64,000 bases of DNA, from assembly GCA_018647945.1 (NCBI GenBank), contig JABGSE010000034.1:3380-67379 (forward strand). Reading direction: 5' to 3'. Source of the stretch: Flavobacteriales bacterium. Lineage in GTDB: Bacteria; Bacteroidota; Bacteroidia; Flavobacteriales; BACL11. Below are positions 21,000-28,789 of the stretch, piece by piece (the first letter of the stretch is position 1; each line of letters begins with the position of its first letter). The notes beneath the pieces were generated by a model that saw only the letters and a list, made by a program, of their open reading frames with translations, did no database searches and was not told the DNA's origin. Made by a program: the position numbers and the translations under genes.

Positions 21000-21229
21000 T
21001 TTTCATTTTTATCATTTCTCTTTTCCATTATAGACCAGAAAACAATTCCTATTCCTGCACCAAAACTTATTCCTAAGGGTATTCCAAGTCCAGTATTATC
21101 AAAAACGGCATCCAATGATACTCCAAAAATGATTCCGATACCAGTTCCCATTGATAGAAACAAGATAAACAATCTATTTGTTTTATTCTTCATCCAAAAT
21201 TTCTTAACACCAATAAGGGTAGTATCCAC
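20996..21229 (-). CDS. 77-aa glycine-zipper membrane miniprotein
   Basis: Core GTGIGIIFGVSLDAVFDNTGLGIPLGISFGAGIGIVFW. Overlaps the downstream gene by 4 nt and the upstream gene by 26 nt. Confidence 0.6.
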   Translation of the reverse strand: MDTTLIGVKKFWMKNKTNRLFILFLSMGTGIGIIFGVSLDAVFDNTGLGIPLGISFGAGIGIVFWSIMEKRNDKNEK

Positions 21230-21602
21230 AGTATATTAGTCCTGCACCCAAGAACATAGCAAATATTAACAAAATATTCAGACTATTTTCTGTCTTTTCT
21301 TTCATCTTATTTGCTACAAATGAAGGAAATGCAATTCTCACAACACCTTTTAAAGTTGTCATCCATCCAATAAAAGTTATAAACCCTAAAACATCTGCCG
21401 TCCAAATATTATGTAGAATAATTACGGGGAGTCCAATCAACAATGAAATAATACCTGTCAAAACTATGTTTGTTTCATCTTGAGAGGATTTAATCATCCA
21501 TTTCCTTCCTTCTTTACTTATAAGAAGAACTCCTGCAAATAAGAACATAAAGTAACCGTAAAATTTGATAAAAAAGATAGAGTATTCTGGTTTATATTCC
21601 AT
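21204..21602 (-). CDS. Integral membrane protein, function unknown
   Basis: 132 aa with about 4 hydrophobic helices. First gene of the four-gene membrane string. Confidence 0.6.
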   Translation of the reverse strand: MEYKPEYSIFFIKFYGYFMFLFAGVLLISKEGRKWMIKSSQDETNIVLTGIISLLIGLPVIILHNIWTADVLGFITFIGWMTTLKGVVRIAFPSFVANKMKEKTENSLNILLIFAMFLGAGLIYCGYYPYWC

Positions 21603-21745
21603 AGTGTTAGATTTTATTTGGTAAAGATAATAAAAAAATATCAGTTATAATCCTTCCCATTTTTGGACGGATTTTTTTATTTAAAATTCGGATTATTGGA
21701 TGGATAGTATTTCTTACTTTCGCGAACTTAAAAATTATAGATTAA

Positions 21746-23335
21746 ATGAAGTCAAGATTTAAATTTATTGAGCGTTCTCAAGGGAGTATAAAGGATGATG
21801 TTTTATCAGGAATTACAGTATCTTTAGCCTTAGTTCCGGAAGCAGTTGCTTTTGCATTTGTGGCAGGAATATCTCCTATTATTGGTTTGTATGGTGCTTT
21901 TATGATGGGATTAGTTACAGCTATTTTTGGTGGAAGGCCAGGAATGATTTCTGGAGCTACAGGAGCTCTTGCTGTAGTAATGGTACATTTAATAAAAGAA
22001 GGGAATGCTATGGGTCCTGAAGGAGCAATGATGGGACTACAGTTTCTGTTTGCTACATTAATATTATCAGGATTATTTCAGGTATTTGCAGGTTTATTAA
22101 AAATGGGGAAATTTGTAAGAATGATTCCTCATCCGGTAATGATGGGGTTTGTAAATGGTTTAGCAATAGTAATTTTTACTTCTCAATTAGGAATGTTTAA
22201 AGTGGGAGGAGAGTGGTTGGAAGGAACGCTAATGTATAATATGTTAGGGTTGGTTTTCCTTACTATGGGGATTATGTATTTTTTACCAAAATTGACTAAA
22301 AAAATTCCTTCTGCACTTACTGCAATTGTAGTAGTTTCTGTAATAGTTATATTTGGTAATGTAGAAACTTCTACTGTACTTTCGTTTATTCAGGAAAATG
22401 GGGGAGAGGGAATTAAAGCAGGACTTCCAACCTTTAATATTCCTTTAATAGATTTGAATTTTGAAACTCTTAAATTTATTGCTCCTTACGCTCTAATATT
22501 AGCGGCTATTGGTTTAATAGAATCGTTAATGACTCTTAACTTAATTGATGAACTTACCGAAACACACGGAAACGGGAATAAAGAATGTATCGCTCAAGGT
22601 GGAGCAAATATTTTAAACGGATTTTTTGGTGGTATGGGTGGCTGTGCTATGATTGGTCAGTCTATTATAAATATTAAATCTGGTGGTAGAGGAAGACTTT
22701 CGGGTATTACAGCTGCATTATCTCTATTAGTGTTTATCTTATTTGCATCAGATTATATTGAGATGGTCCCTATTGCAGCATTGGTAGGAGTTATGTTTAT
22801 GGTGGTTATTGGTACTTTTGCTTGGAACAGTTTCCGTATTCTTAATAAGGTACCATTATCTGATATTTTTGTAATAATATTAGTTACAGTACTTACTGTA
22901 GTTTTCGATTTGGCAGTAGCCGTAATTTCTGGGGTTATTGTTTCGGCATTGGTTTTTGCTTGGGAAAACTCTCTAATGATTAGAGCGAGAAAACATACAG
23001 ATGAACATGGTATAAAACATTATGAGATTTTTGGGCCATTATTTTTCGGTTCTATTGAACTTTTCAATTCTAAATTTGATGTAAAAAACGACCCTAATGA
23101 AGTGGTAGTTGATTTTGCAGAAAGTAGAGTAGTAGATCAATCTGCAATTGAATCTTTAAATAAATTAGCGGATCGATACCAAAAAAACGGAAAGACAATT
23201 CACTTGCGACATCTTGCACCTGATTGTGTAAAATTGATTAAAAGGGCAGAAAAAATATGTGATGTGAATGTATTGGAAGATCCTGATTATTTTGTTGCTA
23301 TTGATAATTATAGACAAGCTTTATCAAAAATGTAA
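21746..23335 (+). CDS. SulP-family inorganic anion transporter with C-terminal STAS domain
   Basis: 529 aa with a polytopic N-terminal region. The soluble C-terminus (HYEIFGPLFFGS...VVDFAESRVVDQSAIESL) is typical of STAS. Confidence 0.9.
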   Translation: MKSRFKFIERSQGSIKDDVLSGITVSLALVPEAVAFAFVAGISPIIGLYGAFMMGLVTAIFGGRPGMISGATGALAVVMVHLIKEGNAMGPEGAMMGLQFLFATLILSGLFQVFAGLLKMGKFVRMIPHPVMMGFVNGLAIVIFTSQLGMFKVGGEWLEGTLMYNMLGLVFLTMGIMYFLPKLTKKIPSALTAIVVVSVIVIFGNVETSTVLSFIQENGGEGIKAGLPTFNIPLIDLNFETLKFIAPYALILAAIGLIESLMTLNLIDELTETHGNGNKECIAQGGANILNGFFGGMGGCAMIGQSIINIKSGGRGRLSGITAALSLLVFILFASDYIEMVPIAALVGVMFMVVIGTFAWNSFRILNKVPLSDIFVIILVTVLTVVFDLAVAVISGVIVSALVFAWENSLMIRARKHTDEHGIKHYEIFGPLFFGSIELFNSKFDVKNDPNEVVVDFAESRVVDQSAIESLNKLADRYQKNGKTIHLRHLAPDCVKLIKRAEKICDVNVLEDPDYFVAIDNYRQALSKM

Positions 23336-23342
23336 ACATAAA

Positions 23343-23373
23343 AAATCCCTCTTTTCAGTGGGATTTCTTTTTT
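23343..23373. terminator. Putative bidirectional terminator between convergent SulP and aconitase genes
   Basis: Stem AAATCCC/GGGATTT with a 10-nt loop. An A-run lies on one side and CTTTTTT on the other. Confidence 0.55.
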
Positions 23374-23391
23374 ATAAATAATTTATTAGAT

Positions 23392-25659
23392 TTAAGAGTT
23401 CTGTTTTCTTATTAAGTTAAGAGCAGATCCTGCCTTAAACCAATCAATTTGAGATTCATTATAAGTGTGGTTCAATATAATAGTATTAGTTGTTCCGTTA
23501 GCATGAACCACTTCTAAAGTCAATTGTTTTCCATCTGAAAATGCATTTAAATCAGTAAAGTTGAAAGTATCATCTTCTTTTATTAAATCATAATCAGCTT
23601 CATTAGCAAAGGTAAGTCCTAACATTCCTTGTTTCTTAAGGTTTGTTTCATGGATTCTAGCAAAAGATTTTACGATTACGGCCATTACACCAAGGTGCCT
23701 TGGTTCCATTGCTGCATGTTCTCTTGATGATCCTTCACCATAATTATGATCACCCACTACAATAGAAGTAATTCCTGCTGCTCTGTAGGTTCTTGCAATA
23801 TTTGGTACTTCATCAATACTTCCATCTATCTGGCTTACTACAGCATTTGTTTTTCCTCCAAATGCATTGATAGCGCCAATCAAACAGTTGTTAGAAATAT
23901 TGTCTAAATGTCCTCTGTATCTCAACCATGGTCCTGCCATTGATATATGGTCAGTAGTACATTTTCCTTCTGCTTTTATCAATAGTTTCGCTCCTATTAT
24001 ATTCTCTCCATCCCAAGGGGTAAAAGGAGTTAATAATTGTAATCTGTTGGACTCAGAACTAACCACTACTTCAATTCCACTTCCGTCTTCAGCTGGTGAT
24101 TGGTATCCATTATCTTCTACGGCAAATCCGTTTTTTGGTAATTCTATTCCCGTAGGTTCTGATAGTTTTACTTGTTCTCCGTTTTCATTAGTAAGTGTGT
24201 CAGTAATTGGGTTAAAATCTAATCTCCCAGAAATTGCAATTGCTGCTACCATTTCAGGTGAACCTACAAATGCATGTGTATTTGGGTTTCCATCCGCACG
24301 CTTGGCAAAGTTTCTGTTAAAAGAATGAACAATCGTATTTTTTTCTTGTTTACTAGCCCCCTCTCTGTCCCATTGTCCGATACAAGGCCCACAGGCATTG
24401 GTAAATATTTTAGTGGATTCAAACTTCATAAACGAATCCATCAATCCATCTCTTTCAGCTGTAAATCGTACTTGCTCCGAACCAGGATTTATTCCTAAAG
24501 TTGCTTTGGGTTTTAGTCCTTTACTTACCGCATCTTCTACAATAGAAGCAGCTCTTGTTAAATCCTCATAAGAAGAATTGGTGCAAGAACCAATAAGTGC
24601 CCATTCAACATCTAAAGGCCAGTCATTTTTCACTGCCTTTTCTTTCATTTCTGAAACTGGAGTTGCTAAGTCTGGCGTAAAAGGTCCGTTTAAATGTGGT
24701 GTTAATTTTGATAAGTTAATTTCAATTACTTCATCAAAATAAAGTTCAGGGTTTTCGTAAACTTCCGTATCTCCTGTTAAGTGTTCTTTTATATCGTTTG
24801 CAGCATCAGCAACATCATCTCTATCTGTTGCTCTTAAATATCTTTCAATACTTTCATCATATCCGAAAGTTGAGGTAGTTGCTCCTACTTCAGCTCCCAT
24901 ATTACAAATGGTTCCTTTTCCTGTTGCTGAAAGTGATGTAGCTCCTTCACCAAAATATTCTACAATAGCACCAGTTCCTCCTTTTACAGTAAGTATTCCT
25001 GCCACTTTTAATATCACATCTTTAGATGAAGCCCAACCGCTTAATGTTCCGGTTAATTTAATTCCAATTAATTTTGGGAATTTTAATTCCCAAGCCATTC
25101 CTGCCATTACATCTACTGCATCAGCTCCACCAACACCAATTGCTACCATTCCAAGTCCACCAGCATTTACTGTATGAGAATCGGTTCCAATCATCATTCC
25201 TCCTGGGAAAGCGTAATTCTCCAATACTACTTGATGGATAATTCCTGCTCCTGGTTTCCAAAATCCAATTCCGTATTTATTACATACTGAACTTAAAAAA
25301 TTGAACACCTCATTGTTGGTATTTAAACTTTCCTGCAAATCTTTATCGGCTCCTAATTTTGCCAAAATTAAATGATCGGCATGTGTTGTAGAGGGTACCT
25401 CTACTTTATCTTTTCCTGCTTGCATAAATTGCAATAATGCCATTTGTGCAGTTGCATCTTGCATAGCCACTCTGTCTGGTGCGAAATCAACATAGTCTTC
25501 ACCTCTTGTAAATACAGTGTCTGCATTTCCGTTCAAAAGGTGTGTGTAAAGTATTTTTTCAGAAAGGGTTAATGGTTTCCCTGTTACTTTTCTTGCAGCT
25601 TCAACTGCTGTAGGGTACTTTTGGTACACCTTTTTTATCATGTCAATATCGAAAGCCAT
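23392..25659 (-). CDS. acnA: Aconitate hydratase (mitochondrial-type, ~755 aa)
   Basis: Fe-S ligand motifs IGSCTNSS and [11 protein letters not shown] prefer the ATG at 25659 ([10 protein letters not shown]...) because the track's TTG at 25680 lies inside a TAGCTTTG promoter box. Confidence 0.95.
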   Translation of the reverse strand: MAFDIDMIKKVYQKYPTAVEAARKVTGKPLTLSEKILYTHLLNGNADTVFTRGEDYVDFAPDRVAMQDATAQMALLQFMQAGKDKVEVPSTTHADHLILAKLGADKDLQESLNTNNEVFNFLSSVCNKYGIGFWKPGAGIIHQVVLENYAFPGGMMIGTDSHTVNAGGLGMVAIGVGGADAVDVMAGMAWELKFPKLIGIKLTGTLSGWASSKDVILKVAGILTVKGGTGAIVEYFGEGATSLSATGKGTICNMGAEVGATTSTFGYDESIERYLRATDRDDVADAANDIKEHLTGDTEVYENPELYFDEVIEINLSKLTPHLNGPFTPDLATPVSEMKEKAVKNDWPLDVEWALIGSCTNSSYEDLTRAASIVEDAVSKGLKPKATLGINPGSEQVRFTAERDGLMDSFMKFESTKIFTNACGPCIGQWDREGASKQEKNTIVHSFNRNFAKRADGNPNTHAFVGSPEMVAAIAISGRLDFNPITDTLTNENGEQVKLSEPTGIELPKNGFAVEDNGYQSPAEDGSGIEVVVSSESNRLQLLTPFTPWDGENIIGAKLLIKAEGKCTTDHISMAGPWLRYRGHLDNISNNCLIGAINAFGGKTNAVVSQIDGSIDEVPNIARTYRAAGITSIVVGDHNYGEGSSREHAAMEPRHLGVMAVIVKSFARIHETNLKKQGMLGLTFANEADYDLIKEDDTFNFTDLNAFSDGKQLTLEVVHANGTTNTIILNHTYNESQIDWFKAGSALNLIRKQNS

Positions 25660-25677
25660 AAATTTTTTATTAGCTTG

Positions 25678-25685
25678 CAAAGCTA
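25678..25685 (-). promoter_or_regulatory. -7 box TAGCTTTG upstream of aconitase
   Basis: Exact TAnnTTTG on the minus strand, 18 nt before ATG 25659. Confidence 0.45.
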
Positions 25686-25734
25686 AGAAAATTCAAGAGA
25701 TTTTTTAGTGTGAAAAAAGGAAAATTTAGGCAAT

Positions 25735-25761
25735 AAAAAAGCCCGAATAAATCGGGCTTTT
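25735..25761 (-). terminator. Rho-independent terminator of the rpsF-rpsR-rplI operon
   Basis: On the minus strand: AAAGCCCGA-TTTAT-TCGGGCTTT followed by TTTTTATT, 18 nt after the rplI stop. Confidence 0.75.
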
Positions 25762-25778
25762 AAAATTTGTAATTTAAT

Positions 25779-26219
25779 TTATTCAGCAATTACTTCAAAA
25801 GGAATTGTAACAGAAACCATTCTGTGTAATCTGATATCTGCTTCATATTTTCCAGTTTCCTTAGCTGCGGGAATCTTAACAAAACTCTTGTCAATTTCTT
25901 GTCCTTCTTTTTCAAGAGCTGAAATAAATTGAGCAGTTGTAACGGCTCCAAATAATTTTGTTCCGCCAGCAACTTTTGCTCTAATTTTAATTGTTAAAGA
26001 TTTTAAACTTTCAGCAACTGCATTTGCGTCAGCAATTACCTTTTCTTCTTTTTTAGCTTGTTGTCTTAGTTTTTCTTCTAAAACTTTTACAGCAGATGAT
26101 GTTGCCATAACTGCTTTACCTTGAGGAATTAAAAAGTTTCTGCCGTAACCATTTTTTACTGTTACAACTTCATCCTTAAATCCTAATTTTTCTACATTTT
26201 CTAATAATATAATGTCCAT
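25779..26219 (-). CDS. rplI: 50S ribosomal protein L9
   Basis: 146 aa with N-terminal MDIILLENVEKLGFKDEVVTVKNGYGRNFLIPQGKA, typical of L9. Confidence 0.95.
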   Translation of the reverse strand: MDIILLENVEKLGFKDEVVTVKNGYGRNFLIPQGKAVMATSSAVKVLEEKLRQQAKKEEKVIADANAVAESLKSLTIKIRAKVAGGTKLFGAVTTAQFISALEKEGQEIDKSFVKIPAAKETGKYEADIRLHRMVSVTIPFEVIAE

Positions 26220-26241
26220 TTTTTATAGTATTTAAGGGTTA

Positions 26242-26520
26242 TTATTTTAAGTTGTCTCCTACATAAGGTAACAAAGCGATTTGTCTGCATCTTTTAATTG
26301 CTACAGAAAGTTTTCTTTGGTACTTTAATGATGTTCCGGTAATTCTTCTTGGTAAAATTTTACCTTGATCGTTTAAGAATCTCATCAAAAAATAGGGGTC
26401 TTTGTAATCAATATATTTGAATCCCATTTTTTTGAAACGGCAATATTTTTCTTTTCTTCTTTTGTCAATATCTACAGGGGAAAGATATCTTATTTCTGTT
26501 TGATTTCTTTTCTTTTCCAT
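26242..26520 (-). CDS. rpsR: 30S ribosomal protein S18
   Basis: 92 aa. The [27 protein letters not shown] pattern is typical of S18. Confidence 0.95.
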   Translation of the reverse strand: MEKKRNQTEIRYLSPVDIDKRRKEKYCRFKKMGFKYIDYKDPYFLMRFLNDQGKILPRRITGTSLKYQRKLSVAIKRCRQIALLPYVGDNLK

Positions 26521-26870
26521 TATTCAGCAGATTTTTTAGGTTCGTTTAATCTAGTTCTTCTTCTTACCGCATATTCAGTAGCAAATTTATCTAACTTTAC
26601 AGTTAGCCATCTTAAAACGGTTTCATCTCTCTTAAATTCTACATCCATTTCAGATAAAATTACTCCATTTGCTTTGTACTCAATCAGGCAATAAAAACCT
26701 GATTTCTTTTTTGCGATAGGGTATCTTAATTTTTTAAGACCCCAGTTTTCTTCCGATACAATTTCAGCTTTATTTTTTTTCAAATAAGCTGTGTATCTTT
26801 TTACTGTTTCCTTTACCTGATCTTCAGATAAAACGGGATTCATAATGAAAACAGTTTCGTAATGATTCAT
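26520..26870 (-). CDS. rpsF: 30S ribosomal protein S6
   Basis: N-terminal [12 protein letters not shown] is typical of S6. First gene of the S6-S18-L9 operon. Confidence 0.95.
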   Translation of the reverse strand: MNHYETVFIMNPVLSEDQVKETVKRYTAYLKKNKAEIVSEENWGLKKLRYPIAKKKSGFYCLIEYKANGVILSEMDVEFKRDETVLRWLTVKLDKFATEYAVRRRTRLNEPKKSAE

Positions 26871-26913
26871 TCGTCTTTTTTTTTGTTAATATTAATTTTT
26901 CAAAATCGGTTTG

Positions 26914-26921
26914 CAAATGTA
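26914..26921 (-). promoter_or_regulatory. -7 box TACATTTG upstream of rpsF operon
   Basis: Exact TAnnTTTG on the minus strand, 43 nt before ATG 26870. Confidence 0.45.
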
Positions 26922-27000
26922 GAAAAACTAATTAAATTGACTATTGAAATTTTAATAATATTTTTTTATAAAAATTACCCTTTAATGTCATCAATAATAT

Positions 27001-27008
27001 TAGATTTG
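27001..27008 (+). promoter_or_regulatory. -7 box TAGATTTG upstream of dnaX
   Basis: Exact TAnnTTTG, 24 nt before ATG 27033. Confidence 0.45.
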
Positions 27009-27032
27009 TAATCTGTTTTTTAATTCAAAATA

Positions 27033-28775
27033 ATGAGTGATTTTATCGTTTCTGCTAGAAAATACAGACCATTTGCATTTACTGATGTAGTTGGGCAAAA
27101 TGCTATTACATCTACTTTATCCAATGCTATTCGGGATAATCATTTGGCACAATCTTTTCTTTTTTGTGGTCCAAGAGGTGTGGGAAAAACAACTTGCGCT
27201 CGTATTTTAGCAAAGACAATTAATTGTGAAAATATAACAGAAAACATAAATGCTTGTAATGAATGTGATTCTTGTAAATCATTTAACGAATCTCATTCTT
27301 TTAACATACATGAGTTAGATGCAGCTTCTAATAATTCGGTAGATGACATCAGAAATTTAGTGGAACAAGTAAGGTTTGCTCCCCAAGTTGGAAAATACAA
27401 TATTTACATTATTGATGAGGTTCATATGCTGTCATCTTCTGCATTTAACGCCTTTCTGAAAACATTGGAGGAACCACCTGCACATGCAATATTTATTTTG
27501 GCAACTACCGAAAAACACAAGATAATTCCAACAATTTTATCTCGTTGCCAAATTTTTGATTTCAGAAGTATATCTATTCAAAATATTATAGACCATCTTA
27601 AATATGTTTCAAAATCTGAAAAAATTATATCTGAAGATGATGCTTTACATATTATTGCTCAAAAATCAGGAGGCTCATTAAGAGATTCTCTTTCTATGTT
27701 TGATAGATTGGTAAATGCTTCCGATTTAACACTTACTTACAAAAGTGTAATTGAAAATCTGAATATATTGGATCATGATTATTATTTGAAAATGACAGAT
27801 GCGATTATTAAACATGATGTTTCGGAAGTATTGTTAATTCTGAATGAGATTCTGAATAATGGTTTTGATGGACATCAATTTGTAAATGGTTTGGCAACAC
27901 ACATAAGAGATTTATTGGTTTGTAAAAATCCAGAAACTGTTGTTTTGTTGGAGAAAGGAGAGGAATTGCAAAAAAAATATTTATCTCAGTCCGCAAATTG
28001 TGATTTGAAGTTTTTAATAAAATCATTAAAAATGACAAATGAATGTGATGTTCAGTATAGAGTTTCAAAAAACCAACGTTTATTGGTGGAGTTGTGTTTA
28101 CTGATGATGGCGTCTATTGGTCAGTTTTCTGCTGAAAAAAAAAAGAATAAAAATTCAATAATAGCTCCCAATAAAGCTCCTATTGAAAAAATTGCAGAGA
28201 AACAGAATAAAGAGGAAGTAAAAAAGGAGGAAATAATAACAGAAGTAAAGGAAAATGAAACTCTTAAAACAGAGGTTAAAGTTGAAGTTCAGGAAAAACC
28301 CCCTACTGTTTTTAAACAAAGAATCAAGTCATCAACTATTTCTATTTCAGGAATATTGGATGATGAAAAAGAAGATGATGAAAAACAGAGGTCTCCAATA
28401 ATAGAGGAGGATTTTTCGGAAACTGAAATGATGAAGGTTTGGAATGATTTTGCAAACATAAAGAAAGAGGATGGAAGGACAAATTTATTTATTACGCTAA
28501 CAGCTTTGCCTCCTAATTTAAAAGATAAAAATAAAATTGAAATAAAAATATCAAATGATGCACAACAAAAATTATTAAATGAAAATAGAGTAGAGTTGAT
28601 GGAATATTTAAGGAAAAAATTAAAAAATGATACAATTGAAGTTGTAACATTTATTACTGAAGAAATCAAAACCGATATACCTTACACTTCAACTGATAAG
28701 TTTAATAAAATGATAGAAAAAAATACGTCCTTAAAAGTATTAAGAGACGAATTAGGACTAGATCCGGATTATTAA
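27033..28775 (+). CDS. dnaX: DNA polymerase III subunit gamma/tau
   Basis: Walker A GPRGVGKTT, zinc module CNECDSCKS, DEVHML and SRCQ sensor motifs. A K/E-rich linker and a C-terminal tau-type region follow. Confidence 0.9.
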   Translation: MSDFIVSARKYRPFAFTDVVGQNAITSTLSNAIRDNHLAQSFLFCGPRGVGKTTCARILAKTINCENITENINACNECDSCKSFNESHSFNIHELDAASNNSVDDIRNLVEQVRFAPQVGKYNIYIIDEVHMLSSSAFNAFLKTLEEPPAHAIFILATTEKHKIIPTILSRCQIFDFRSISIQNIIDHLKYVSKSEKIISEDDALHIIAQKSGGSLRDSLSMFDRLVNASDLTLTYKSVIENLNILDHDYYLKMTDAIIKHDVSEVLLILNEILNNGFDGHQFVNGLATHIRDLLVCKNPETVVLLEKGEELQKKYLSQSANCDLKFLIKSLKMTNECDVQYRVSKNQRLLVELCLLMMASIGQFSAEKKKNKNSIIAPNKAPIEKIAEKQNKEEVKKEEIITEVKENETLKTEVKVEVQEKPPTVFKQRIKSSTISISGILDDEKEDDEKQRSPIIEEDFSETEMMKVWNDFANIKKEDGRTNLFITLTALPPNLKDKNKIEIKISNDAQQKLLNENRVELMEYLRKKLKNDTIEVVTFITEEIKTDIPYTSTDKFNKMIEKNTSLKVLRDELGLDPDY

Positions 28776-28789
28776 TAAAAAATAATATT

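Noticed and set aside
20982-21239. 85-aa plus-strand ORF with a PIPAPKLIPKGIPSPV pattern
   Set aside because: It is the mirror image of the glycine-zipper gene on the minus strand, since Gly GGN codons read as Pro on the complement. The minus-strand reading gives a coherent membrane protein that has a paralog.
21640-21700. Imperfect inverted repeat (AATCC...GGATT followed by a T-run) upstream of the SulP gene, considered as a riboswitch or terminator
   Set aside because: It is a 5-bp stem with a 15-nt loop. No upstream gene on that strand needs terminating, and no conserved riboswitch core was recognised.
23867-24328. 153-aa plus-strand ORF inside aconitase, and similar ORFs at 24274-24498 and 24908-25177. 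Comparable antisense ORFs lie in tgt (58579-58992), dnaX (28289-28669), ettA (56753-57091) and elsewhere.
   Set aside because: All are antisense to strongly conserved genes with diagnostic motifs. They have low-complexity, proline- or serine-rich mirror-image composition and are treated as frame artefacts.
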